From an uncultured Gemmataceae bacterium (GTDB lineage: Bacteria > Planctomycetota > Planctomycetia > Gemmatales > Gemmataceae), in the NCBI GenBank assembly GCA_963750165.1, contig CAVVPN010000003.1, forward strand, positions 704,001 through 768,000: a DNA stretch of 64,000 nucleotides, written 5' to 3'. Of this stretch, positions 1 to 12,047 are shown in pieces. The notes under the pieces were generated by a model, which saw only the letters and a program-made list of their open reading frames with translations, did no database searches and was not told the DNA's origin. Both the position numbers and the translations under genes were made by a program. Within the stretch, counting starts at the first letter, position 1; every line of letters starts with the position of its first letter.

Positions 1-86
1 TCCTGAACGCCATCATAAATATCGGTTAATATTATGATACTGCCCCTCCCCCCTCTGGACAACCGCCCGCTGCCGACGGCTGGCGC

Positions 87-1142
87 ATGCCGGCCGAGTG
101 GGAGCCGCACGAGGCCACCTGGATCGCCTGGCCCAAGAACCGTTCCGACTGGCCCGGCAAGTTCGCGACCATCCCCTGGGTCTACGCCGAGATCGTCCGC
201 CACCTCAGCCGCAGCGAGCACGTCCACCTCCTGGTGGACGACACCGCTGCCGAGGCCCGGGTGCGCCGCCTGTTGCGGCACAACGGCGTGGACCTGGAGC
301 GCGTCCGCTGCTTCTACCTGACCACTGACCGCGTCTGGACGCGCGATTATGGGCCGATCTTCCTGACCGGGCCGGGCGGCGCGGTCGGGCTGACGGACTG
401 GCTGTTCAACGCCTGGGCCAAGTACCCGGACTGGCAGCACGACAACGCAGTGCCCGCCCAGGTCGCGGCGTTGCTGGGCCTGCCGGCGTGGGAGCCCGTG
501 TGCCACAGCCAGCGCGTCGTCCTGGAGGGCGGCAGCATTGACGTCAACGGTCAGGGGTTGCTACTGACGACGGAGGAGTGCCTGCTCGGCACGGAGCAGC
601 AGCGTAACCCGGGGCTGGGCCGGGAGGACATGGAGCAGGTGTTTCGCGACTATCTGGGAGTGCGTAAAGTGCTGTGGTTGAACCGCGGCATTGCCGGCGA
701 CGACACGCACGGCCACATCGACGATTTGGCCCGCTTCGTCGGGGCGCGCACCATCGTCACCGTCGTCGAGGACAACGTGCGTGACGCGAACTATCGGCCG
801 CTGCAGGAGAACCTGGAGCGGCTGCGCGGCATGACCGACGCGGACGGCCGGAAATTGCATGTGGTGCCGCTGCCGCTGCTGGATCCGGTGGTTTTCCGCG
901 GGCAGCGGCTGCCGGCGAGCTACGCGAACTTCTACATCGCCAACGACCGCGTGCTGGTGCCGACGTTCAACGCGCCGCAGGACCGGTTGGCGCTGGGCAC
1001 GCTGGCGGAGCTGTTCCCGGAGCGGCAGGTGGTGGGCATTCACGCGGTCGATCTGGTGTGGGGCCTGGGGACGCTGCACTGCCTGACGCAGCAGCAGCCG
1101 CGCGGCCCGACGGTCATGCCTTCCCCAGCAGCAGGTCAATGA
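87..1142 (+). CDS. aguA: Agmatine deiminase / peptidylarginine deiminase family
   Basis: MPAEWEPH, WTRDYGP, LEGGSIDVNG, DDTHGHID, GLGTLHCLTQQQP (catalytic Cys). The frame stays open upstream (PPAADGWR), so the true start may be ATG 34 with a 1-nt indel. Confidence 0.9.
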   Translation: MPAEWEPHEATWIAWPKNRSDWPGKFATIPWVYAEIVRHLSRSEHVHLLVDDTAAEARVRRLLRHNGVDLERVRCFYLTTDRVWTRDYGPIFLTGPGGAVGLTDWLFNAWAKYPDWQHDNAVPAQVAALLGLPAWEPVCHSQRVVLEGGSIDVNGQGLLLTTEECLLGTEQQRNPGLGREDMEQVFRDYLGVRKVLWLNRGIAGDDTHGHIDDLARFVGARTIVTVVEDNVRDANYRPLQENLERLRGMTDADGRKLHVVPLPLLDPVVFRGQRLPASYANFYIANDRVLVPTFNAPQDRLALGTLAELFPERQVVGIHAVDLVWGLGTLHCLTQQQPRGPTVMPSPAAGQ

Positions 1143-1293
1143 CCCAGCAACCGCGGACGTGCGGGCCGAGACTGCGGTTGCGAGAACATGCAGTGCGGCG
1201 TCGGTGGAACTGAGTCCGCGACGCCGCACGAATTAGATCTCTCGTGATGCAGACCCCGCAGGGCGCGGGCGGTAAGGTCTATGGTTCAGGGCA

Positions 1294-2106
1294 TCACGCA
1301 ACCGGGCGGGTCGAAGTCGCCCGGTTACGCCGCCAGCGGTAGCCGACGAGGCTCCCCGCACCGATGCCCAGCAGCGTGAACGTGGTCGGTTCGGGCGTCG
1401 GGACGGCTTCGGAAAAGAAGCTGGTGCCGTTCGCATTCCCTAACCCGTGGCCGGAATAATCCAAAACCAGCGTCCCGGTGCCCGTCGTCGTATTCACCGA
1501 GAAGATCTGCGTTCCGGAGACGCCGTAAAGGACACCGTTATCTCCCGTAGCCAACCCGTACACGTTACTGAAGCCAAGGTTCCCCACCAGCGTTCCTGCC
1601 CCAGTGGCCGTGTTCACACGGATCAACTGGTTTGAGGTCGAACTCATGTAAAGATTCCCATTATTGAACGCCAGATCGCCGGCGGAGTCGAACCCGATGG
1701 CACCGACCAGCGAGGCATGGCCGGTCGAAGTGTTGACCGTGTACAGGTCCCCGCTAGTGTTCCCGGCTGCGTACAGCGTCCCATCCGAACCGAACACGAG
1801 AGCGTTTTGGTCGCTCAACCCCAGACTCCCGACCAGCGTGGCGGCGCCGGTCGTCGCATTGATGCGGTAGAGATTCGTGAACGACACACCATACAGCTGG
1901 CCGGTGGGGGAGAAGGCGATGTCGGTCATCGTGTCAGCACCCATGCTGCCGATGACGGTAACGGCGCCTGTGCCGACATCCACGGTCCCCAGTTGGTTGG
2001 AACTATCGTCGATGTAAAGAATGGGACCCGCGGTCGCGACTCCTGGCAACCCCAACCAGAGGGTTGCCAGGAAGGTGGCGCCAAGAATAAGACGATGCTG
2101 TTTCAT
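1294..2106 (-). CDS. PEP-CTERM sorting-domain exported protein, probable beta-propeller
   Basis: AGGAGG RBS, signal peptide MKQHRLILGATFL, repeated LYxxNxxTGxxTLVG blades, C-terminal PTPEPTTFTLLGIGAGSLVGYRWRR. Confidence 0.85.
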   Translation of the reverse strand: MKQHRLILGATFLATLWLGLPGVATAGPILYIDDSSNQLGTVDVGTGAVTVIGSMGADTMTDIAFSPTGQLYGVSFTNLYRINATTGAATLVGSLGLSDQNALVFGSDGTLYAAGNTSGDLYTVNTSTGHASLVGAIGFDSAGDLAFNNGNLYMSSTSNQLIRVNTATGAGTLVGNLGFSNVYGLATGDNGVLYGVSGTQIFSVNTTTGTGTLVLDYSGHGLGNANGTSFFSEAVPTPEPTTFTLLGIGAGSLVGYRWRRNRATSTRPVA

Positions 2107-2372
2107 AACATCCTCCTGTTGAGCAGAAAGTAAGCGGCCGAAATCAATGACCGCTTGCTGGTTTGGGTGCCAGCATGGAAAATGTCGAAATGGAAAACGG
2201 TTGGACGGAACGGTGGCAAGATGCGCTCCAACTACCACCACCTCAAAGACCAAAAGGCAAGTGGCAATAAAGGCGATCCGCCGGCAGAATGTCAAGAAAT
2301 CCAATAGTTCTTTTGGCTGTTTACCTCTAGCGGGCACCGCGAGGGTAAGTTGCCTGGTCCTGGCATCAGACA

Positions 2373-2440
2373 CTGTGCGAGAACCGTGGTGCAGGCGTCT
2401 CGCATGCAGGCGGGACGCCTGCACCACAATTCTCGCACAG
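2373..2440. repeat. REP-like palindrome (GTGGTGCAGGCGTCCCGC type)
   Basis: ctgtgcgagaa..gtggtgcaggcgtctcgc / gcgggacgcctgcaccac..ttctcgcacag. Confidence 0.7.
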
Positions 2441-2725
2441 CCTCTCACCGATGGTGAGACCAACTGCGTTCAATCAGGAAGCATCGAAGATTGAATATTG
2501 TCTCATCCGAGCCGAACCAGAATCCACGCCGCATCAGTGTGTCCACTTTATTAGCCATGCCGTCGGCCAGGAGTGAGAGCGTAATCTAGCTTAGGGAAGA
2601 ATAATATCCAAAATCGGCTCGGAAGCAAGGAAATTTTTCCCGCGGAACGATTTCTGTCGTCTCAATTGCTGTCGTGATCCACGATCGAACCCAGCACATG
2701 GTTTTTGCGAGCGTTGGCGAGTAAA

Positions 2726-4081
<1,356 letters not shown>

Positions 4082-4221
4082 CGCGCGTCCCTCCCCCCGG
4101 CAGCATAAGCAAGCGGGGCGGACGGGAAAAGGTGGGCGGCGGCGAATCGGCGTTGCAGTATCGCGGTGGGACGCTATGTTCCCGGGCCGGATCATCTGTT
4201 CGCCGTCCCGGAGTGCGACTC

Positions 4222-5474
4222 ATGGCGTATCCGCTGTTCCTGACCAAGCTGTTGATCCGCACCGGCCTGGCCCGCTGGCTGCCGACAGCACGTCGCCTGG
4301 GCGCCGACACCGACGCGCTGCCCTATCTCAGCGACCGCCTGCTGGCCGGGCCGCACGCCGCGCTGGCCACCGCCGCGGCGTTCCTGGAACTGCACGAGCC
4401 CGACGGCATCGACCTGGCGCTCGGGCGCCGCGCCGCGACACGCTGCCGGAGGCCGCACGATCAGGGGCTGATCCGCGCTGCTACCCGCCGCCCGACGGAC
4501 TGCCCGAACTGCGCGAAGCCATCACCGCCCAGCTGGGGCCGACGTTCGGCACGGCCGAGGTGCTGGTGACGCACGGCGCCGCCGGGGCGCTGAGCACGGC
4601 GCTCGACGCCTTCGTCAACCGCGGCGACGGTGTTGTGCTGTTCGACCCGTCCTCGCCGTGGTTCCCGCTGGCGCTGCGACACCGCGGCGCCCGTCTGCGC
4701 TGGGTGCCGACGCATGTCGAAAGCGGCCAGCTGCGCTTCCGCCTCGACCAGCTGGCCCACGCGCTGCGCGGCGCGAAACTGCTGGTGCTGGCCAACCCCG
4801 CCAACCCGACCGGCGCGACCATCGCCCCAGACGACCTGGAGCAAATCGCGTGGTGGGCGCAGCAGCACGACGTGCTGATTTTCAACGACGAGGTCTTCGC
4901 CGCCTTCCAGTACGAGGCCGCGGCGGTCAGCCTGAACGCGGTGGCCGGGGCGCGGCCGCGGACGTTGACCGCGGGCAGTGTGAGCAAGAGCCACGGACTG
5001 CCCGGGGCGCGGGTGGGTTGGTGCGCGGGGCCGCGGGCGCTGGTGCGGCCGTGCGCGGCGGCGCAGGCGCTGCAAACGCCGTTCGTGCCGGCGGCGTGCC
5101 AGCAGCTGGCGCTGGCGGCGCTGCGGCAGGGCCCGATGGCGGTCGAGTCAGTGCGGGCGGCGCTGGCGGCGAAGCGGCGCTACGGCTTCGACCGGTTGAC
5201 GGCACTGGGGCTGAAGCCGGTGTGGCCGGCGGCCGCGTGTTTCTTCTGGCTGCCGGTGGGTCAGCTAGGGCTGGGCGGCCGGGCGTTCGCGGAGCAACTG
5301 CTGCGGGCGAAAAAAGTGCTGGTGACGCCGGGCGAGCTGTTCGGGCCGGGCGGGGTTGGGCATGTGCGCGTCAGCTTCGCGGCGGAGGACGGCCGGCTGC
5401 GCGAGGGATTGACGCGGCTGACGGAGTTCGTGCGGCAGTTGCAAGGCGGCGCGAAAGCAAAGCTCGCGGCGTAG
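4222..5474 (+). CDS. PLP-dependent aminotransferase class I/II (frameshift near 4425-4440)
   Basis: YPPPDGLPELREAI, NPANPTG, DEVF, SVSKSHGLPGARVGW, PGELFG..HVRVSFA. The N-terminus MAYPLFL lies in another frame. Confidence 0.85.
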
Positions 5475-5484
5475 CGTTTCGATG

Positions 5485-5538
5485 GCCCCGTTTTTAGTTT
5501 CGCGCGGATCGATAGGCGCGAAACTAAAAAAACGGGGC
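5485..5538. terminator. Long hairpin between convergent genes, probable bidirectional terminator
   Basis: gccccgtttttagtttcgcgc / gcgcgaaactaaaaaaacggggc. Confidence 0.6.
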
Positions 5539-5551
5539 GAGCAACCTCGTT

Positions 5552-6916
5552 TTACCCCACCAACTCCCGGATCGGCGCGCCTTGCTCGATGAGCTTCAGC
5601 GGCCGATTCTGGTGGTCCGGAAACTCGACGTGCGTGCCGTCAATGCCCAGGTGGTGGTAGACCGTCGCGGCCACGTCCTGCGGGCTCACCGGCCGGTCCA
5701 CGACGAACTCGCCGCGCGGGCTGCTTCGCCCAATCACCTGGCCCAGCCGCAAACCACCGCCGCCGAACAGCACGCTGAACGTGTGGCCCCAGTGATCGCG
5801 GCCGGCGTCGCGGTTCATGCGCGGCGTCCGCCCGAACTCGCCCATCGCTACCACCAGCACCTTTTCGTACAGGCCGCGCTGGCACAGGTCCTCCACCAGC
5901 GCCGCGATGGCCCGATCCAGGGGCGGAATCAACATCCGGGCGCCCACCGCGGTCTGCAACTGCGGCGGCGTGCCGTGGTGGTCCCAGGGCACGCAGTTCA
6001 CCGTCACGAACGTGACGCCGGCCTCGACCAGCCGCCGCGCCAGCAGGGCACTCTGACCGAAGGTGTGCCGGCCGTAACGGTCGCGCAGCCGGGCCGACTC
6101 GGCGCCGATGGCGAACGCCGACGCCACGCGCGGGCTGGTCAGCAGGTCAAAGGCGCGGTGGTAATGCTCGCCGAGGTCAACGGACGGACGGTCGCCAGCG
6201 CGGCGGGCCTCGTCAACGGCGGCGAGCAGGTGACGACGGCTTTCGAGGCGGTCAAAGCTCAGCCCCGCCGCGGGCGCCAGGTTGCGAACGCGGAAGTCCG
6301 CCAGGTTCGGGTCCGACTCGACCACGAACGGGTTGGCACCGCCGCCGAGGTAGGCCGCGTAGTGGAAGAAGTTGTCGGTGCCGCCGCGCAGGTGTGGCAC
6401 CGCGACGTAGGGCGGCAACCCCGGCACGTTGGCGCCGCGCAGCCGCGACACCGCCGCGCCCAGTGCCGGCCGCTTCTGGTGCTTGAAGTCCGGGGCGTTG
6501 AAGGCCGGGCCCTCGAAGCCGGTCAGCATCCAGTGGTTCGACTTGGTGTGATCGCCGGAGCCGTGCCGCACCGTGCGGACGATGGCCAGTTTGTCCATCA
6601 GCGCTGCCTGTCGCGGCAGCAGTTCGCTGAACAGGACGCCCGGCACGCGCGTGCGGCTGGCGCCGAAGGGACCGCGGTACTCGGCCGCGGCGTCCGGCTT
6701 GGGATCCCACGTTTCCATGTGGCCGGGGCCGCCGCTGAGCCAGAACAGGATGACGGCGGTGTCGCGTCCGGGGCGGCGCGGTGCCTGCGCGGCCGCGCGC
6801 AATCGGAAGAAGTCCGCCAGGCCCAAACCGCCCAGGCCCAGCAGCCCCGCCTGGACAAAACTGCGGCGCGTCAGCCCCGTACACTCCCGCCCTGCCTCGC
6901 CCACGACCCGCAACAT
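5552..6916 (-). CDS. DUF1501 family protein
   Basis: TRRSF Tat-like motif, LFWLSGGPGHMETWDPKP, ALLARRLVEAGV, GEFGRTP, GRDHW. Confidence 0.92.
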   Translation of the reverse strand: MLRVVGEAGRECTGLTRRSFVQAGLLGLGGLGLADFFRLRAAAQAPRRPGRDTAVILFWLSGGPGHMETWDPKPDAAAEYRGPFGASRTRVPGVLFSELLPRQAALMDKLAIVRTVRHGSGDHTKSNHWMLTGFEGPAFNAPDFKHQKRPALGAAVSRLRGANVPGLPPYVAVPHLRGGTDNFFHYAAYLGGGANPFVVESDPNLADFRVRNLAPAAGLSFDRLESRRHLLAAVDEARRAGDRPSVDLGEHYHRAFDLLTSPRVASAFAIGAESARLRDRYGRHTFGQSALLARRLVEAGVTFVTVNCVPWDHHGTPPQLQTAVGARMLIPPLDRAIAALVEDLCQRGLYEKVLVVAMGEFGRTPRMNRDAGRDHWGHTFSVLFGGGGLRLGQVIGRSSPRGEFVVDRPVSPQDVAATVYHHLGIDGTHVEFPDHQNRPLKLIEQGAPIRELVG

Positions 6917-7087
6917 CGCCGTCGCCTCCCGGGGGATCAAAGCTGTACTGCTCTCCTCAACCTTCGTGGATCGGTCGCAGGCTGTCAAGATGCGCTCCGG
7001 TCAAATCGGCCTGCCGCAAACATACAATGAGCAGGCACCGTTTCAGCAAGGGGAAGGGTGCGGTGCGCGTTTACGAAAGGCACAACC

Positions 7088-7861
7088 GTGATCCGTCGAT
7101 TGACCTGGCCGTGTGTGTGCGTTGCGGTGCTGCTGAGCGGGGCGACCACGGCGGCGCAGGGCAAGGTGCTGCACCGGCGGGAGCTGGCCGCGGCGCTGTC
7201 CCGGGTGCTCGACAGCGCCGACTTCTCGCAGGCGATGACGTTCAAGGATTTTCTCGGCCGCCTGCAAAACCGGCTCAAGGTCCAGGGCTGCGAGTTGCCG
7301 GTGGTGGTGGACACCGAGGCGTTCAAGGACGGCAACCAGGACGCCCCGGACATCGCCGACACGCAGGTGAAGTTCCCGGCGTACCCGAAGCAGATGACGG
7401 GGGCCGCGTTCCTGAGCCATGCGCTCGCCGCCATCCCCACGGGGAACGCAACCTACTTCGTCAAGAACGGCGTCGTCGTGGTCACCACCCTTGATCGGGC
7501 CCAGGCGCGGCAGCTGATGAGCGAGGCCGTGGAAGGCAAGTTCGAGGCGCAACCGCTGGGCGACATCCTGCAGGAACTCGCCGCGCAGACGGGGCTGCAC
7601 CTGATGGTGGACAGCCGCGTCGCCTGGAAGCTCCGGGCCAAGGCGTCCGCGAACTTCACGGTCAATCAGACGGCGCTGGGCACCGCCCTGTTCGTGCTGA
7701 CCGACATGGTGGATTTGCGTGTGGGGTTGATGGGCAACGTGGCCTACATCACCAGCCCGGCCAACGCCCGGCAGTGCGGCGAATGGCTCGCCAACGGCAA
7801 CTTTGAAGCGGGCCGGCATGGTGGTTCCAGGAGCGAGCGCCTGGATCCGGGGATGCGGTGA
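7088..7861 (+). CDS. Exported protein with two STN/secretin-N-like domains
   Basis: GAAAGG RBS, GTG start, signal peptide, FEAQPLGDILQELAAQTGLHLMVD, YFVKNGVVVVTT. Confidence 0.6.
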   Translation: MIRRLTWPCVCVAVLLSGATTAAQGKVLHRRELAAALSRVLDSADFSQAMTFKDFLGRLQNRLKVQGCELPVVVDTEAFKDGNQDAPDIADTQVKFPAYPKQMTGAAFLSHALAAIPTGNATYFVKNGVVVVTTLDRAQARQLMSEAVEGKFEAQPLGDILQELAAQTGLHLMVDSRVAWKLRAKASANFTVNQTALGTALFVLTDMVDLRVGLMGNVAYITSPANARQCGEWLANGNFEAGRHGGSRSERLDPGMR

Positions 7862-7983
7862 CGCTTGCCGTCCGTTGTCCCGCTGTGCCGGCAAGAACCC
7901 ACAACTGACAGCATATCTTGACGGCAGTCGCCCGGCGTGTTCTGCTGAGGCTGGTGATGCACCCCCCCTCATGAGGTACGACC

Positions 7984-8400
7984 ATGCGCAAGACGGTTGT
8001 CGCGGCACTGCTGCTGGCGGTCGGACATTTCGCGGCGAGCGGCCAGGAGAAACAGAAGAACGAAACCGCCGAAGTGGATGTCGCCAGCTTGTGCGCCTTC
8101 TTCGAGAGTAATCCGTTGAAGGCGCAAAAGGAAATCGGCAGCCGGTGGGTGCGCCTGAAGGACAGGGTGAGCAACATTGTCGCCCCGGTGAAAAAAGGCG
8201 CCCCGGTGAAACTGATTCTGATCAACCGCTTCGACTCGTTGCCGAGCGTCATCGAGTGTTCGTTCGACCCGAAACACGCCGATGCGCTCAAGTCCGTGGA
8301 GAAAGGCGGCGTGGTGCGCCTGCGCGGGAAACTGGATCGCTTCACCCTGTCCGCCATCTACCTGAAGCATTGCGAACTGGTCGTCACCAAGAAGAAGTAG
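7984..8400 (+). CDS. Exported OB-fold protein (tRNA_anti-like)
   Basis: Signal peptide; FESNPLKAQKEIGSRWVRL..SVEKGGVVRLRGK..LKHC. Confidence 0.6.
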   Translation: MRKTVVAALLLAVGHFAASGQEKQKNETAEVDVASLCAFFESNPLKAQKEIGSRWVRLKDRVSNIVAPVKKGAPVKLILINRFDSLPSVIECSFDPKHADALKSVEKGGVVRLRGKLDRFTLSAIYLKHCELVVTKKK

Positions 8401-8609
8401 TGGTAACGTCACAACACGGCGGCGCTGACCGGGCGCCGCCGCGGTCGGGAGCGCCAGCCCATTGCCCTCCAGAGCGGTGGCGCCGTTCGGGTTTCGGTTT
8501 CTCAATTTAGCGCCTTGGCCTTGCCGGGGTGGATGGGATAGCATTACAGAGAGCATCCCACCGTGGCCGTGCCTTGCTCGACCGCGTTCTCGGCCAGGAG
8601 TTTCCCACC

Positions 8610-9542
8610 ATGCGCACCCACCTGCTTCTGCCGTTCGCCACGACCACGCTGCTGTGCCTTTGCCTGCTCGCTGGCGGCCAGCGCGGCGGTTCCCAGCCGC
8701 CGGGTAAGGGCCCCATGAAAAAAAGCCCCGACGACATCTTCAAATGGATTTCCAGGGACAAGGGCTACATCAGCATCGATGACCAGCAGCCCGGCAAGGG
8801 CAAGGAGGAGATGGAACTCTTCGCCAAGGAGAACAAAATCACCACCGGCAAGATCACCAGGGACCAGTTCCTGCGCTACTGGGAGCAGCGCGACGAGCTG
8901 CGCAAGAAGACCGCCGCCGACCCGAAGATCACTGACGAACGCGCGGCGGACAATTTTCGCCGCTACGACGTGAACAGCGACAGTTTCTTGAACCTTGACG
9001 AGATCAGCAACCTCCGGGGCCCGCTTCGCTCCTTCAAGGACGAGTGGCAGAAGTGGGACGCCAACAAGGACGGCCTCATCGACCGCAAGGAGTGGACGAC
9101 GTACTACCGCGACTACAACAAGCGCCGCATCGAGGCCCAGGCCACCAGGGCCAGCAACGCCAAATCCGCGGCACCGGGGTCGAAAGCGATCATCAAGATC
9201 ATCATTGAGGAAGACGAGGAAATCGTGCCGAGCACCTACCACGTTGGCGGCAAGCTGCCGGCGGGCCTGCCGGCCTGGTTCGCTGAACGGGACACGGATG
9301 GCGACGGCCAGGTGTCGCTCTACGAGTGGCGCCTGGGCAAGAAGGATGTCGCGGAGTTCCTCAAGATGGACCGCAACGACGACGGCTTCCTGACCGCCGA
9401 GGAAATGCTCCACTATCAGCGGCAAGCCTCTGCGCCCGGCCGACAACCTGCCGCGGTGCCCGTCACGACCAGCACCCGGCCCGAAGTGCCCAGCCGTCCG
9501 GGCTTCCCCTATCGCAAGAAGGGCAAGAAAAAGGGCGGCTGA
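8610..9542 (+). CDS. Exported EF-hand protein
   Basis: DVNSDSFLNLDE, DANKDGLIDRKE, DTDGDGQVSLYE, DRNDDGFLTAEE loops; AGGAG RBS. Confidence 0.85.
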   Translation: MRTHLLLPFATTTLLCLCLLAGGQRGGSQPPGKGPMKKSPDDIFKWISRDKGYISIDDQQPGKGKEEMELFAKENKITTGKITRDQFLRYWEQRDELRKKTAADPKITDERAADNFRRYDVNSDSFLNLDEISNLRGPLRSFKDEWQKWDANKDGLIDRKEWTTYYRDYNKRRIEAQATRASNAKSAAPGSKAIIKIIIEEDEEIVPSTYHVGGKLPAGLPAWFAERDTDGDGQVSLYEWRLGKKDVAEFLKMDRNDDGFLTAEEMLHYQRQASAPGRQPAAVPVTTSTRPEVPSRPGFPYRKKGKKKGG

Positions 9543-9572
9543 TACGGCAGCGCCGTGGTGGTTCTGGTTTCT

Positions 9573-9635
9573 GGTCGGAGCCCGAGCGCCAGCGCGGGGC
9601 AGTGTTGGCCCCGCGCTGGCGCTCGGGCTCCGACC
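9573..9635. repeat. REP-like palindrome family A, copy 1
   Basis: ggtcggagcccgagcgccagcgcggggc / gccccgcgctggcgctcgggctccgacc; recurs at 21543, 36673 and 62001. Confidence 0.85.
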
Positions 9636-9649
9636 CACCGCGAGCCTTC

Positions 9650-9688
9650 CGGCCCGCCGGCAGCCGCAGCCGGCGGGCCGCTTTGTTT
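9650..9688 (+). terminator. Probable intrinsic terminator
   Basis: cggcccgccggc / gccggcgggccg followed by ctttgttt. Confidence 0.5.
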
Positions 9689-9740
9689 CCAGAACAGGTT
9701 GGCGCGAAGTGAGCCGGGCGGCCGGCGCCCACAAGTGTGC

Positions 9741-9788
9741 TTGCCAGGGCGGCGCAGATGGTGGTATAATCGGACTGACCGGTCAGTC
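9741..9788 (+). promoter_or_regulatory. Sigma70-type promoter with adjacent TetR-type operator
   Basis: TTGCCA-18 nt-TATAAT, then the perfect 16-bp palindrome GACTGACCGGTCAGTC (9773-9788), directly upstream of a TetR gene. Confidence 0.75.
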
Positions 9789-9835
9789 TATTTAGCATCG
9801 GATGACAACAGCACCGCCCGCCCGACCGGCGTCCA

Positions 9836-10435
9836 GTGCCGCGCAAGAGACTTCTGCCAGTGCGAACGCGAACTCCCTGCCAGCCCGACAAGATGCTTGA
9901 AGCCGCCGCCCAGTTGTTCTGTGGCCAGCGCTTCCATGAAGTGCGCATGGAGGACATCGCCGCCGCGGCTGGCGTCGGCAAGGGTACGCTGTACCGCTAC
10001 TTCAGCGACAAGGAGGCCCTGTACCGCGCGCTGCTGGCGCGGGCCTCGCAGCAGATCCTCGACCAGCTGGAGGAGACCGTGACGCCGGCCCTGTCCGCCC
10101 GCGACCAGCTGGCGGCGCTGGTGCAGACCTGTCTGACGTTCTTCGACGAGCAGCCGCACGTCGCCGACCTGATCCAGCGGCAGGAAGTGTTTTCCGCGAC
10201 CGGCTCCGGCAAGGACTTTCCCTGGCAGGAGGTCCGCGATCGCTTCAACCAGCGCGTGCTGGACATCTTCGAGCACGGCCGCGCGGAAAAAGTCTTCCAC
10301 GTCCGTGACCCACTGACGGCGATGCACATGCTGCTGGGCGGCCTGCGCAGCGTCATCCGCTACACCCATCCGCCGCGGCCGGCCAACCTCGCCGCCCATA
10401 TCGTCAGCGACTTCCTCAACGGCGCCGGCGCCTGA
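9836..10435 (+). CDS. TetR/AcrR family transcriptional regulator
   Basis: HTH MEDIAAAAGVGKGTLYRYFSDKEAL. Start uncertain (9836, 9893, or 9802 with an indel). Confidence 0.9.
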   Translation: MPRKRLLPVRTRTPCQPDKMLEAAAQLFCGQRFHEVRMEDIAAAAGVGKGTLYRYFSDKEALYRALLARASQQILDQLEETVTPALSARDQLAALVQTCLTFFDEQPHVADLIQRQEVFSATGSGKDFPWQEVRDRFNQRVLDIFEHGRAEKVFHVRDPLTAMHMLLGGLRSVIRYTHPPRPANLAAHIVSDFLNGAGA

Positions 10436-10456
10436 CGCTGGCCCCGCCCCGCGACT

Positions 10457-10948
10457 TCACTGCGCCTGCAAGGGCCTGGCGAACACCTGAGTGTAGTAGA
10501 CCTCGCCGTTGGCGCTGGTGGCCAGGCCCAGGCCGACCTCGGTGAACTCCCCGCCCAGGATGTTTTCGCGGTGGATCTTTGAGCCCATCCAGCCGCGCAT
10601 GATGTCTTCCATCGTCACGCCGCCGAAGGCGATGTTCTCGGCGATCTCCGCGTAGCGGTAGCCGGCCTTCTTGGCCCGGCCGCCTGGCGTCAAGCCGTCG
10701 ATTTTGTGCTCCAGTTTTTCGAGTTTGGCCATGTTCGCCGCGTGGCCGCGGGCGGCGGCGAACAGCCGGGCGTTCGGCTTCAGCGCCGGCAGCTTTTGCT
10801 TCGCCCGCTCGGCGTTGGTCAGTTCGAGCAACTTCTTCTCGGCGTCGCTCAACTTCAGCTCGGGTGCTTTCTGTTTGCCGCCGCCGCCGGCCGCGAGACC
10901 GACGCCGCAAACCGCCACGAGCACCGCGGTCAATACAATTCGGGTCAT
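10457..10948 (-). CDS. CAP (SCP-like) domain protein
   Basis: Signal peptide; LELTNAERAK, AARGHAANMA, AENIAFG, WMGSKIHRENIL, YYTQVF. Confidence 0.9.
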   Translation of the reverse strand: MTRIVLTAVLVAVCGVGLAAGGGGKQKAPELKLSDAEKKLLELTNAERAKQKLPALKPNARLFAAARGHAANMAKLEKLEHKIDGLTPGGRAKKAGYRYAEIAENIAFGGVTMEDIMRGWMGSKIHRENILGGEFTEVGLGLATSANGEVYYTQVFARPLQAQ

Positions 10949-11077
10949 CCGTTCTCCTCCTCGCCAGGTGGCGAAAGCGTGATGCCTCGGCCCTTCCAAT
11001 TTGCACGGACGGCGGCCGCGATGCAACAGGAATTGGCCGTTTCACAGCGCTCGGCCCATAAAATGAGGTTCCCACCC

Positions 11078-11973
11078 ATGACGGCAGCGACGTTCAACCT
11101 GCAAGGCCACCGTGGCGCCCGCGGCCTGGTGCCCGAAAATACGCTGCCCGCTTTCGAGACGGCCCTCGACCTCGGCGTCAGCTCCATCGAAACCGACATC
11201 CACCTGACGCGCGACAGCGTGCCGGTGCTGGCCCATGACCCGATCGTCAGCGCCCGCATTTTTCGCTTGCTCCCCGACAGCGCCAGCCCCGACCCTGCCC
11301 GGCGACCGCTGCTCCGCCATCTTACCCTGGCCGAGCTGCGCGGCTACGTTGCCGACCGCAACCCCGACCCGTCGCGCTTCCCCGGACAACGCACCGTGCT
11401 GACGCCGATGGCCGAATGGTACGCGCGGCAGCACCACCTGCACTGCTACAGCCCGCCCACGCTGACCGACCTGTTCAGCCTGTGGCAGGCGTACGTCAGC
11501 AGCGCGGCCGGGCCAACGGACCACGCCCGGCGAGTGGTGTTTGACCTGGAGTTGAAGCGCGTCCCCTTCCACGCCGAAACGGACGGTGAGCTGGAGCGGC
11601 GCGTGCTGGAGGTGGTGGCGCAGCCGGCGTCCTGAGTCAGACGGTGGTGCGCAGCTTCGACCACCGCAGCGTGCTGGCCCTGCGGCGGCTGGAACCGGGC
11701 CTGACCGCCGCCGTGCTGGTGGCGAACACCGCGCCGGTGCGGCCGGTCGAGCTGATGCGCGCCGCCGACGCTCAAATCTACTGCCCGGACGTGAACTTCC
11801 TGGACGAACTCCAGGTGCGGCAGCTGCACGAGGCTGGTGTGCGTGTGCAGCCGTGGACCGTCAACGACGAGGTGAGCTGGGAGCGGTTGCTGGCCTGGGG
11901 CGTGGACGGCATCACCACCGATTTTCCAGATCGGTTGGCGGATTTCCTTCGTCGCCGTGGCGTGACGTGGTAA
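11078..11973 (+). CDS. Glycerophosphodiester phosphodiesterase (frameshift near 11620)
   Basis: GHRGARGLVPENTLPAF, IETDIHLTRD; second frame has VRSFD, PWTVND, GVDGITTDFP. Confidence 0.88.
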
Positions 11974-11985
11974 GGTGTGGAAAAC

Positions 11986-12031
11986 ACCCCCTCACCCCCA
12001 ACCCCTCTCCCCCTGAAGGGGGCGAGGGGGT
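11986..12031. repeat. CCCCTCACCCC..CCCCTCTCCC/GGGGCGAGGGG REP-like hairpin
   Basis: acccctctccccc tgaa gggggcgaggggg, intergenic. Confidence 0.55.
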
Positions 12032-12047
12032 CAAGAAGGATGTTCCA

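Noticed and set aside
2107..2463. N-terminal extension of the PEP-CTERM ORF
   Set aside because: It runs through a REP palindrome; the strong RBS and signal peptide place the start at 2106.
11620..11650. TGA read-through or selenocysteine in the phosphodiesterase
   Set aside because: The continuation is in a different frame; a 1-nt indel restores ..AGVLSQTVVRSFD.
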